Source of the DNA: Dehalococcoidia bacterium | GTDB lineage: Bacteria > Chloroflexota > Dehalococcoidia > Lucifugimonadales > JAGWBF01 | NCBI GenBank assembly: GCA_021296025.1 | Contig: JAGWBF010000001.1 | Span: 9,562 to 62,163 of the forward strand | Direction of reading: 5' to 3' | Length of the DNA: 52,602 nt | Shown here: positions 35,220-43,622 of the stretch, in pieces | How the letters are laid out: every line of letters starts with the position of its first letter | Numbering within the stretch: the stretch's first letter is position 1 | The notes under the pieces: generated by a model | What the model was told of the DNA's origin: nothing | Database searches by the model: none | The model's input: only the letters and a program-made list of their open reading frames with translations | Program-made: the position numbers and the translations under genes

Positions 35220-36199
35220 GAGCGTGTCACCACCATGCGGTAGATAACCCTGTTCTTTCCACCCAAGTCGTACTTGTAGGGTTCCGAACCCCGCAGAAAA
35301 TCAAAGTAGGACCTGCCGCCCTCAATTGCATCGCCGATGCAGAGGGCATGGAGCAACAGTCCAACGCTGTAGTACTTATAGTCCGGGTCCAAGCCGCTGT
35401 TGTACAGGAAGCGCTTGGAATCGTAGTCGAAGCATAGGGCTGCCGCCACCTTCTTGCCGCCCATCTCCAGGAAAAATAGTTTCAGCACGCCGGCATGGGA
35501 CAGCTTCATGACCATGGACCGGAAGAAACTCTCTCTAGGTCCGGTGAGAAAGGTGCTCTTATCTTCCCTGCTCTGTCTCATCAGGAGAAAGAAATCTTCC
35601 AGGGATGCCCCGACTTCTTGAGAGTCTGTGAGCCCGTACCAACCGAAACCCTCATCATAGGACTCTAGCCTACGCATCTTGCGCCGGAGTTCGTGCCGGT
35701 CCTTCTTGCTCACGGTCCCCAGGTATTCGTCCCAAGTGTCGGGCAGGACAACTCCAGGGGCAACATCTTCCTCTTCGATCTGCACCTGGTGGCCCCGTTC
35801 CCGGGCCAGATCAGGCAACTTGGCCAGGGTCGGTGACTCCTGGGGGAGAGAAAATAAGTTCAGCTCTTGCCACTCTTCCTCATCCAGGTAGTCAAGGAGC
35901 ATGGGATAGAACTGGTCCTCAGCATCCTGGGATACGAGGAAATCAGCATAGTCGCACACATTGGGGTCGCCAATGAAGGTCATCTCCCCATCCCGCCTTG
36001 ACAAAGGCGCAATGGCGCTAAGGCCCTCATCGCCGGTCATCAGCAAAAGGTGTGTCTCCGAGCTATCGCCATACTCTTCCCACCAAGCCTGCTGCCAACG
36101 AGGCGTTAAGAATGGAGCGTCGAAAGCGCATCGCGGAAGGAGGCTTTGCCACGCTTCCTCCCATCCGTTGATGGAGGTGTAACGGACCAACTCCGTCAC
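35216..36199 (-). CDS. CelD/BioF2-like GNAT (FemAB-type fold) acyl/aminoacyl-transferase
   Basis: W..L......FLTP.W...WW..YG N-terminus, and a C-terminal half with L.......A.......K.....NSG.DP.Y..YS.G..L........A...G...FDFLRG.E.YK. 4-nt overlaps with both neighbours. Confidence 0.6.
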   Translation of the reverse strand: MTELVRYTSINGWEEAWQSLLPRCAFDAPFLTPRWQQAWWEEYGDSSETHLLLMTGDEGLSAIAPLSRRDGEMTFIGDPNVCDYADFLVSQDAEDQFYPMLLDYLDEEEWQELNLFSLPQESPTLAKLPDLARERGHQVQIEEEDVAPGVVLPDTWDEYLGTVSKKDRHELRRKMRRLESYDEGFGWYGLTDSQEVGASLEDFFLLMRQSREDKSTFLTGPRESFFRSMVMKLSHAGVLKLFFLEMGGKKVAAALCFDYDSKRFLYNSGLDPDYKYYSVGLLLHALCIGDAIEGGRSYFDFLRGSEPYKYDLGGKNRVIYRMVVTRS

Positions 36200-36768
36200 T
36201 CAGCCGCCAGTCCCAGCGATGCAAGGAGCATATCCCTGTTAATATCCTCGCTCCAAAAGCTCCCGCGGACGGCGGAGGTCGAGATGGAGCTTCCTGCTTT
36301 TCTGACGCCCCGCATGGACATGCACAGATGCTCGGCTTCCAACATGACCGCCACACCGTCAGGGTCCAGGGCCTTGCAGATAGCATCGGCCAATTGCTGT
36401 GTCATTCGCTCCTGAAGCTGGGGGCGTTTTGCGATGACGTCCAAGGCCCTTGCCAGCTTGCTGGCCCCAGCGATCCTGCCCTTGGGTATGTATGCAATAT
36501 TTGCCCGGCCATAGAAGGGGAGTAGATGGTGCTCACAGATGGAATGGAACGGAATGTCCTTGAGCTTTACGAGACCCCCGTGGGTATCTTCTTCCTCAAA
36601 TACAGCATCGATGACCGAAGCTGCATCGACACCAACCCCCGAGAACATCTCTGAGTACATTCTGGCCACCCGGAGGGGCGTGTTCTGCAGACCCTCCCGG
36701 TGGGGGTCATCACCGATGGCATCCAGCAACGAGCGCACTGCAGATTGCACTTGGTTCTCGTCAACCAA
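36196..36768 (-). CDS. folE: GTP cyclohydrolase I
   Basis: GDDP.REGL..TP.RVA.MY.E.F.G, CEHHLLPFYG.A.IAYIP, QLQERMT. Start uncertain: TTG 36768 (GGAG 6 nt upstream) is preferred, while the ORF track gives 36831. Overlaps the thrC stop. Confidence 0.9.
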   Translation of the reverse strand: MVDENQVQSAVRSLLDAIGDDPHREGLQNTPLRVARMYSEMFSGVGVDAASVIDAVFEEEDTHGGLVKLKDIPFHSICEHHLLPFYGRANIAYIPKGRIAGASKLARALDVIAKRPQLQERMTQQLADAICKALDPDGVAVMLEAEHLCMSMRGVRKAGSSISTSAVRGSFWSEDINRDMLLASLGLAAE

Positions 36769-37840
36769 TCCCTTCTCCACCTTCGGAAATCGACTGAAGG
36801 GCCGCCTCCAGGTCTTTGGGGTCAGCACCAATCTCCGTTATCTCAGGGATGAATCGTTCCACAGCAGTATCCGGGTCTTTCAGTCCGGTACCGGTAATTA
36901 TACACACAACACGACGGCAGGACACATCCAGACCTTCGGCGTGCAGCTTCCGCAGTCCTGCAAAAGAAGCTGCCGAAGCCGGTTCGCAGAAGATCCCCTC
37001 ACAGGATGCCAGGAGCTCGTAAGCCTCCAGTATCTCATCGTCGGAGACCTTGTCTATCACTCCACCGGAATCGTCCCTAGCTGAAAGCGCCGCCGTCCAG
37101 TTGGCCGGATTGCCTATGCGGATTGCAGAGGCAACGGTTTTGGGGTCTTCCACCGGATGGCCGAGCACTATCGGCGCCGCCCCCTGGGCCTGAAATCCCA
37201 TCATCTTGGGGAGGCTGCGGGACATCTCCGCCTGGTGGTACTCCTTGAACCCCTTCCAGTATGCTGTGATGTTGCCGGCGTTGCCGGTTGGAATAAACAG
37301 GTAGTCGGGGGAATCCCCCAGGTCGTCCACGATCTCGAAGGCCCCCGTCTTTTGTCCCTCCAGACGATAGGGGTTTATGGAGTTCACCAGGGTGATGGGG
37401 TGCTGGTCGGTGAAGTTTCGCACCAGGGAGAGAGCTTGGTCGAAGGAACCATCCACCATGATGATACGCGCGCTATGGGCCATCGCCTGGGTGACCTTAC
37501 CTGCTGCTATCCGGCCCTTTGGGACAACAACCACCGTGGAAATAGAAAAGCGGCCCCCGTAGGCCGCCGCCGATGCACTTGTATTTCCCGTGGAAGCACA
37601 CATTATGGCCTTGCTGCCCGATTCAAGGGCTTTCGCGACCGCCATAGCCATGCCTCGGTCCTTGAAGGAGCCTGTGGGGTTGCAGCCTTCCAGCTTGAAA
37701 TACAGCTCCTCACACCCCAACATCTTGCCCAATTGCACGGACTTGACTAGAGGGGTGTTTCCTTCCCCCATAGATACCATGGGTGTTGATTCCTCAATGG
37801 GGAGAAAAGCCCGGTAGGTTTCCAGGATTCCCTTCTGCAT
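36761..37840 (-). CDS. thrC: threonine synthase
   Basis: EGNTPLV, PLP-lysine region NPTGSFKDRG, ASTGNTSASAAAY. Start preferred at MQKGILETYRAFLP (37840). Confidence 0.9.
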   Translation of the reverse strand: MQKGILETYRAFLPIEESTPMVSMGEGNTPLVKSVQLGKMLGCEELYFKLEGCNPTGSFKDRGMAMAVAKALESGSKAIMCASTGNTSASAAAYGGRFSISTVVVVPKGRIAAGKVTQAMAHSARIIMVDGSFDQALSLVRNFTDQHPITLVNSINPYRLEGQKTGAFEIVDDLGDSPDYLFIPTGNAGNITAYWKGFKEYHQAEMSRSLPKMMGFQAQGAAPIVLGHPVEDPKTVASAIRIGNPANWTAALSARDDSGGVIDKVSDDEILEAYELLASCEGIFCEPASAASFAGLRKLHAEGLDVSCRRVVCIITGTGLKDPDTAVERFIPEITEIGADPKDLEAALQSISEGGEGIG

Positions 37841-37915
37841 TCTTCCTTCTGCTCTTAATGCGATAGCCCGACAGCATGGGGCTATCACCATATTAACCTA
37901 TTCCCCATCCAAAGC

Positions 37916-39214
37916 CTACCTGGAGGGCCAGTCCTCAATCCGTACCATGTTGCTGACTTTCCTCACTACGTCCAGCTCTCCCATGCACCTGATCGACTCT
38001 TGGACCGCATCTTCCCTGGAAGGATGTGTTGTAACAACCAGGTCTGCGGTCTGGGTGGGGAGGTCGGCATCTTTTTGGATGACCGATGCGATGCTGATGC
38101 CCCTGTCGCCCAACACCTTGGCGATACTTGCCAGGACACCTGCTCTGTCAGCTACGTTGAGGCGGAAGTAGTAGCGGCTGACCAGTTCCGACATTGGGGC
38201 GATGGCGATGGACCGGGAGTTCTCCTCCATGGGAAGGGGCTTAATGTCCAGGTTCAGTCGCCGGGCGATCTCTATGACATCGCCGATCACAGCGCTGGCA
38301 GTGGACTCGCTGCCAGCTCCCATCCCATGGAAGAGCACCCGCCCCATCAGGTCTCCTTCCACCTCGATGGCGTTGAAGGCCCCATCTATGCTGGCAAGGA
38401 TGTGGTCCTGGGGCACAAGGGCAGGATGGACCCGGAGCTGCAGCGAGCCGTTCTCTTTGTGGGCTATGGCCAACAGTTTGATGGCAAAACCCAGCTCTTG
38501 GGAGTACCTGAAGTCCTGGGCTTCCAAGGATGATATCCCCTCCCGGAAAACATCCTCAGGCACCACCTTGGTGTGGAAGGCCAACGATGCAAGAATGGCA
38601 AGCTTGTATGCAGCATCGGTACCGGCAATGTCGTTGGTGGGGTCGGCCTCGGCAAAGCCCAGATGCTGGGCTTCCAGAAGAGCATCATCAAACGCCATGT
38701 GGTCCATGGCCATACGGGTGACGATGTAGTTGGTGGTGCCGTTGACGATGGCGCGAATGGAACGGATGTCGTTGGCCAGCAAGTCCCGGCTGAGAGGGCT
38801 GATGATTGGTATCCCTGCTCCCACGCTGGCCTCGAAGGAGAGCTGGCGCTCAGTGGACCTGGCCCTCGCTGACAGCTCCGGCCCATGCTTGGCGATGACT
38901 TCCTTGTTTGCAGTTACAACGTGCTTGCCCGCAACCAGCAGTCTTTCGATGTACCTGGCGGCCGGTTCCTCCCCTCCCATCAGCTCCACAACTATCTGGA
39001 TATCCGGGTCGTTCAGGACTTCACGAAAGTCGGTGACCAGTACCCCCGGAGGCGCCTGGAACGATCGCTGCCTCTCCGACTCTCGCACCAGGATTTTCTT
39101 CAATCTGACAGCGCCGCCAATCTTCCGCCCAAGGTCCTCCTTACCCTCCAAGAGAACACTGGCAACGGCGCTCCCCACAACACCTGCCCCCAGCAGCCCA
39201 ATGTTTATTTCCAT
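37916..39214 (-). CDS. hom: homoserine dehydrogenase with a C-terminal ACT domain
   Basis: IGLLGAGVVGSAV, VTANK, FEASVGAGIPII, INGTTNYI, ACT-like tail. Confidence 0.9.
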   Translation of the reverse strand: MEINIGLLGAGVVGSAVASVLLEGKEDLGRKIGGAVRLKKILVRESERQRSFQAPPGVLVTDFREVLNDPDIQIVVELMGGEEPAARYIERLLVAGKHVVTANKEVIAKHGPELSARARSTERQLSFEASVGAGIPIISPLSRDLLANDIRSIRAIVNGTTNYIVTRMAMDHMAFDDALLEAQHLGFAEADPTNDIAGTDAAYKLAILASLAFHTKVVPEDVFREGISSLEAQDFRYSQELGFAIKLLAIAHKENGSLQLRVHPALVPQDHILASIDGAFNAIEVEGDLMGRVLFHGMGAGSESTASAVIGDVIEIARRLNLDIKPLPMEENSRSIAIAPMSELVSRYYFRLNVADRAGVLASIAKVLGDRGISIASVIQKDADLPTQTADLVVTTHPSREDAVQESIRCMGELDVVRKVSNMVRIEDWPSR

Positions 39215-39220
39215 CGCCGC

Positions 39221-40399
39221 CTACCTGATGTCTAACCCGGGACTGCTCGCCGGCGGGGTAGCATCCGGCGCTGACGTCCTTAGTTGCTTTACTACCCAGG
39301 CATAAAGAGAGCTGTCATTGTTGATCTCCAGCCAGCCCTCTTCGGAGCCTTGGCTTATCTGCTCTCCAAGCCACCTCTTCAGTTCTTCGGCCCTGAGCCG
39401 GAACTGCATGAGCTCCGAGATGGGATGGACCTCCGGGCCAGCCAAGACCCTTAGTATGAATATGCCCTCGGGGTCCGTCGGATGGTGGACCGGGTCGCTG
39501 ATCTCAAAGTAGTCCAAGGGGGGTTCATCTTCGGTGCCGAACAGAAGATCGTCCAGGAAAGGGAAGGCCCCCTCGGGCACCCATCCCACGTATCCGCTGC
39601 TGTTCGAGTATTCGAGGTCCTGGGACAACTCCCCCGCAACGGTGCCAAAATCCTCAGACAGCAACCGGTCCCGTACGTGGTCAGCATTGGGCCCTGGGGA
39701 GCGCACTGTTTCGGGGTCGATGAGAGAGGGAAGACGCACCCACTGCACCTCAACCTGCTCAGTCTCGGTGGGAAGATTCTGCCCCAGCGCATCCAACATA
39801 TAGGAGCGGTACACCTCTTCTTCCACGAACCCGCTATAGTCGGAATGGGACAGATGGCTTCGCTCCAGGAAGTTGTTGTAGGCCTCGCTGTACTCCCGCT
39901 CCAGCTGGCCCGGTGGGAACTCCTGGTCTTCAAAATTCCTCGGATAGAACCTCTGACGCAGCACCAGCTCGATGTCTTCCTCGGTCACCCAAACATCGTA
40001 TTCCGGGGCTCCTCTGCGGATGACCTCCGCTTCGGTAACTTGCCGCACTGCTTCAAAGGGTTCACGGCCCAGGTCGAATATCTCGCCCAGGGCAATTGTC
40101 GCAGCCTGCTGCATCTTCAGACGCGCTACGATGTCGCCTTGATTGTGGACCACATCGCCGACGCGGACAGCCAGGACCTTGGTAGGGGCAACAAAGGTTG
40201 TGTAGTAGCCGTAACCCCCGATTCCTCCCATCAGGGCAAGGAGGGCAAGGACAATGCCCAAGAGGAACATCCTGCGGCGGGGGTTTCCACCTTGCAGCAT
40301 GCGCGCCATTCGACGGTCGGAAGGCGGGGGTCTCCTGGACCTCATTCTTCGATCGCCACCCTGGGAACGGGGGGAACGTCCACTGGATGAGATGGTCAT
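39221..40399 (-). CDS. membrane-anchored SurA/PrsA-like peptidyl-prolyl isomerase (parvulin domain)
   Basis: Arg-rich N-terminus, one TM helix (MFLLGIVLALLALMGGIGGYGYY), then a parvulin-like block DFGTVAGELSQD....SSGYVGWVPEGAF. Confidence 0.5.
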   Translation of the reverse strand: MTISSSGRSPRSQGGDRRMRSRRPPPSDRRMARMLQGGNPRRRMFLLGIVLALLALMGGIGGYGYYTTFVAPTKVLAVRVGDVVHNQGDIVARLKMQQAATIALGEIFDLGREPFEAVRQVTEAEVIRRGAPEYDVWVTEEDIELVLRQRFYPRNFEDQEFPPGQLEREYSEAYNNFLERSHLSHSDYSGFVEEEVYRSYMLDALGQNLPTETEQVEVQWVRLPSLIDPETVRSPGPNADHVRDRLLSEDFGTVAGELSQDLEYSNSSGYVGWVPEGAFPFLDDLLFGTEDEPPLDYFEISDPVHHPTDPEGIFILRVLAGPEVHPISELMQFRLRAEELKRWLGEQISQGSEEGWLEINNDSSLYAWVVKQLRTSAPDATPPASSPGLDIR

Positions 40400-40500
40400 G
40401 ACCTTAGCAGATGTTGCGGAGACAGGGGCATGGAAACCTGATAGGCCCGGCGGAAGGGCAGGAATCCCCGTCTAATCGCCCTTTCCACCATGTGAGGATA

Positions 40501-40794
40501 CTAAGCAGGCGCCCGGGAATGCACGGGGGTGAATGGAAGCAACGCGAGATGCCTGGCCCGTTTGATGGCCGTAGCCAGCTCCCGCTGATGGCCTGCGCAT
40601 ACCCCGGTCTTCCTCCTGGGTTCGATCTTTGCACGATCAGACAGGTAGCGCCGCAGACGCTCCAAGTCCTTGTACCCGATGGAAGGGATATGGTCAGCGC
40701 AGAAAGAGCAGACCTTTCTTCGCTGCACATATCTACCTCGGCGGGGGCGACCCCCTCCAGGTCTGCCGCCTCTGCGAAACGCACCTGAGGTCAT
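40501..40794 (-). CDS. rpsR: 30S ribosomal protein S18
   Basis: RRKVCSFC......I.YKD...[34 protein letters not shown]. Confidence 0.95.
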   Translation of the reverse strand: MTSGAFRRGGRPGGGRPRRGRYVQRRKVCSFCADHIPSIGYKDLERLRRYLSDRAKIEPRRKTGVCAGHQRELATAIKRARHLALLPFTPVHSRAPA

Positions 40795-40825
40795 GGGCTA
40801 TGTCTCTCCTCTGGATATTCGGGTT

Positions 40826-41230
40826 CTAGAATGGCAGGTTATCCACATCCATGCCCGATTCTCCGTCGCCGTCTCCCCTCGGGAAATCTTCCGAGCGTCC
40901 ACCGGCCGGATCCAGGAACCGGACTTCCGTGGCATTAACCTCCATGACAAATCGAGTCTCACCATCCCTGGCCTCGTAAGAGCGGCTGCGCAGCCTGCCC
41001 TCGACGTACACCTTCTTGCCCTTGGTCAGGTACTGGTTGCACGTTTCAGCCAACCTTCCCCAGGCAGCTATGGAAAACCACTCGGTCTCATCACGGCGCT
41101 CACCATCAGCAGTGGTGTACCTGTAATTCGTGGCCACACGGAAGCTGGTCACCGCTTGGCCACCGGGAGTGTAACGCATCTCGGGGTCCGATCCCAGGTT
41201 GCCTATGATGATCATCTTGTTCATCGTCAT
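40826..41230 (-). CDS. ssb: single-stranded DNA-binding protein
   Basis: MNKMIIIGNLG.DPE.RYTP.G.AV..F.VA OB fold and acidic C-terminal tip DVDNLPF. Confidence 0.95.
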   Translation of the reverse strand: MTMNKMIIIGNLGSDPEMRYTPGGQAVTSFRVATNYRYTTADGERRDETEWFSIAAWGRLAETCNQYLTKGKKVYVEGRLRSRSYEARDGETRFVMEVNATEVRFLDPAGGRSEDFPRGDGDGESGMDVDNLPF

Positions 41231-42009
41231 GGCCGGGTCTCCCCATCTTCCACATTCTCTGGCGATCCTTCTGCGACTGCTCCCTCGGTCTCATCGCCAT
41301 GGTCATCAGGCATGGAATCCGCATTTCCGCCTTCACTGACCGGATCCTCCACACTGTCCTGGGGCTCTTCTATAGAAGCCTCCGGGGCTTCTGCCTCTAT
41401 CGTATCCGGGGTATCCTCGTTTTCGGTGGAGTCTGTATCTGCTTCGGGAACGGCTGCTTCAACATCTTCTACGGCAGTCGTCTCATCGATGGGCGCCTCT
41501 TCAACGGCCGCAACAGGGGCATCCTCCACCACGCCTGGCGCATCTCCTTCAGGCTCGGCCGGGGCAGGATCCCCAGCAGCCGATTCGGCTGCGCTTACAT
41601 CGTCGGAGATGGCTTGGTCAACAACCGCCACGGATGCGACAGCCCCATCATCTCCCGCTCCGTCAGGAGCTGACGGAGCTTCTTGGACGGCAGCCGCCTG
41701 GGATGGCTTAGGAGGCTCGGACTTGACCACCAGGTAACGAAGCACATCTTCCGAAAGGTTTAGCTGCCCTTCGAGGGTCCGGGAAAGGACGCCTTCCGTA
41801 GCAAAATGGGTGAGCACATAGTTGCCTTCCAAGAAGGTCTGGCCTGCCTTCCGTATCGGGTAGGCCAACCTCCTCATTCCCCACTGGTCTTCCCGGGTGA
41901 TTGTTCCACCCTGCTGATCGATCAGCCCCTTGTTCCGGTCCTTTGAGTCCGCCACCTCCTCGGCTGAGAGGATGGGGCTAAGGACAACCATTAACTCATA
42001 GTTACGCAA
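41227..42009 (-). CDS. rpsF: 30S ribosomal protein S6 with a long acidic C-terminal extension
   Basis: TTG start with GGAGA RBS. (M)RNYELMVVL...WG.RRLAYPI.K...G.Y S6 core of about 97 aa, followed by an Asp/Glu/Ala/Pro/Val-rich tail of about 160 aa. Confidence 0.9.
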   Translation of the reverse strand: MRNYELMVVLSPILSAEEVADSKDRNKGLIDQQGGTITREDQWGMRRLAYPIRKAGQTFLEGNYVLTHFATEGVLSRTLEGQLNLSEDVLRYLVVKSEPPKPSQAAAVQEAPSAPDGAGDDGAVASVAVVDQAISDDVSAAESAAGDPAPAEPEGDAPGVVEDAPVAAVEEAPIDETTAVEDVEAAVPEADTDSTENEDTPDTIEAEAPEASIEEPQDSVEDPVSEGGNADSMPDDHGDETEGAVAEGSPENVEDGETRP

Positions 42010-42040
42010 CGCATTCTCCGACTGCCTCTAGTGAACAAGG

Positions 42041-42069
42041 ATTATAGCATCCTGACAGCTTGGCCTCAA
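42041..42069 (-). promoter_or_regulatory. promoter candidate for rpsF-ssb-rpsR (TTGAGG-N17-TATAAT on the minus strand)
   Basis: Reverse complement of 42064-42069 is TTGAGG and of 42041-42046 is TATAAT. Lies about 30 nt upstream of the rpsF start. Confidence 0.5.
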
Positions 42070-42127
42070 CCGATGCCTACCCAGCCGAGCTTGGGGGAAC
42101 GCACTCTGGAACGTATGGTGCAGCAGC

Positions 42128-43372
42128 CTAGGAATCAAGTCCCGGAACAGGGAAGTGGGAGGTGAGCTCCGCCACCTCATCCTTTATAGCCTGCTCCAAC
42201 TGCTTGTCGCCCGTGCCGTTAAGTCGGCGAAGGATGAGGGTTGCCACAGTCTTGATCTCCTGGGGACCGAATCCCCGGGATGTCAGGGCGGCCGTCCCAA
42301 GGCGCAGGCCGCTGGTCACCCTGGGAGGCTGGGTGTCATAGGGTATGGCGTTCTTGTTCCCGACGATGTTCACCTGTTCCAGCGCCTGCTCAGCATCCTT
42401 GCCTGTCAGGTTAAGGGGGGTCAAGTCAACCAGCATCAAGTGGTTGTCGGTACCGCCGGAAACAATCCGAAGGCCTCCCTCGGCCAGCTCCTGGGCAAGT
42501 ACCTGGGCATTCTCCACCACTTGCCGCCCGTAATGAGCGAAGTCAGGCTGGGCCGCCTCCCGGAAGCAGACAGCCTTTGCAGCGATGATGTGCATGAAGG
42601 GTCCACCCTGGGTGAATGGGAAGACTGCCCTATCCACGTTCCTGCCCAAGTCCTCTTTGCACAGTATCATCCCTCCCCTTGGTCCCCTCAGCGTCTTTTG
42701 GGTGGTAGATGTCACAACGTGGGCGTGGGGTACTGGAGACGTATGGGCGCCGGCAGCGATCAGCCCTGAGATGTGGGCCATATCCACCATGAGCATAGCC
42801 CCCACCTCATCGGAGATCTCCCGAAAGCGTGCGAAGTCGATGGACCTGGGATAAGCGGTGTAGCCCGCCACAATCACCTTCGGCTTGTGCTCCTTCGCCA
42901 AGCGCTCTACGTCATCGTAGTCAATGGTTTCAGACTCCTTCGACACGCCGTAGGCTACAAAGTTGTACAGCTTCCCCGAAAAGTTCACAGGACTGCCATG
43001 GGTCAGGTGCCCTCCCTGGTCCAGGCGCATCCCCATGACCGTATCGCCAGGCTCAATAATGCTGAAGTAAGCGCTCATGTTGGCTTGGGCGCCGCTGTGG
43101 GGCTGCACGTTGGCGTACTCAGCTCCAAACAGCTCCTTGGCGCGCTCGATTGCCAGGGTCTCCACCTCATCGACGTACTGGCATCCCCCGTAATACCTGC
43201 GACCGGGGTAGCCCTCGGCATACTTGTTGTTCATCGTGGTGGCTTGAGCTTCCAGGACGCTGCGGCTGGCGTAGTTCTCCGATGCAATCAGGACCAGGCT
43301 GTCCCTCTGGCGCTTGTCTTCCTTTGCCACAGCAGATGCCACTTCCGGATCGAATGTTGCCAGCGCGTTCAT
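42128..43372 (-). CDS. glyA: serine hydroxymethyltransferase
   Basis: [49 protein letters not shown]-like ([14 protein letters not shown]). Confidence 0.95.
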   Translation of the reverse strand: MNALATFDPEVASAVAKEDKRQRDSLVLIASENYASRSVLEAQATTMNNKYAEGYPGRRYYGGCQYVDEVETLAIERAKELFGAEYANVQPHSGAQANMSAYFSIIEPGDTVMGMRLDQGGHLTHGSPVNFSGKLYNFVAYGVSKESETIDYDDVERLAKEHKPKVIVAGYTAYPRSIDFARFREISDEVGAMLMVDMAHISGLIAAGAHTSPVPHAHVVTSTTQKTLRGPRGGMILCKEDLGRNVDRAVFPFTQGGPFMHIIAAKAVCFREAAQPDFAHYGRQVVENAQVLAQELAEGGLRIVSGGTDNHLMLVDLTPLNLTGKDAEQALEQVNIVGNKNAIPYDTQPPRVTSGLRLGTAALTSRGFGPQEIKTVATLILRRLNGTGDKQLEQAIKDEVAELTSHFPVPGLDS

Positions 43373-43415
43373 AGGCCCTCCTTCCTACTCCCCACAACGC
43401 CGGGTAAGGGAGCAG

Positions 43416-43464
43416 AAAATAAAAACTCGACCCAGGCCTCACAATGGATGGCCGGCGGGCCGAG
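43416..43464 (-). terminator. intrinsic terminator inside the glyA 5' leader (minus strand)
   Basis: Minus-strand reading is CTCGGCCC-(23 nt containing a GGCC/GGCC sub-stem)-GGGTCGAG-TTTTTATTTT. It lies about 45 nt upstream of the glyA ATG, with no gene upstream on that strand. Confidence 0.6.
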
Positions 43465-43622
43465 GTTCAAGGTGAGTGTACCTATGCCCCAATTCTCTGT
43501 CAACGGGTGAAGTCCCGGCGTCCACCTCGCCGATTCGGCAGACCCGGCATCTGGCAGCGCAACTGAACTTGTGGTCAAATGAGTACAAAGACTTCATTGA
43601 GGGCAGGCCTTCCGGGAGAACG

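Noticed and set aside
40670-41737. 355-aa + strand ORF spanning the ssb/rpsF region
   Set aside because: It is antisense to two unmistakable ribosomal-operon genes. Its Ser/Ala/Gly/Thr-rich low-complexity product is the mirror image of the acidic S6 tail codons. It is a typical shadow ORF of GC-rich DNA.
43465-43560. Assigning the glyA leader to the ZTP (pfl) riboswitch or a T-box
   Set aside because: CCGCC and CCUGGG-like elements are present but about 20 nt apart rather than forming the contiguous CCGCCUGGGC. No ACUGGCG element is seen. GGTGGACGCCGG only loosely resembles the T-box sequence and is too far from the terminator. It is left unclassified.
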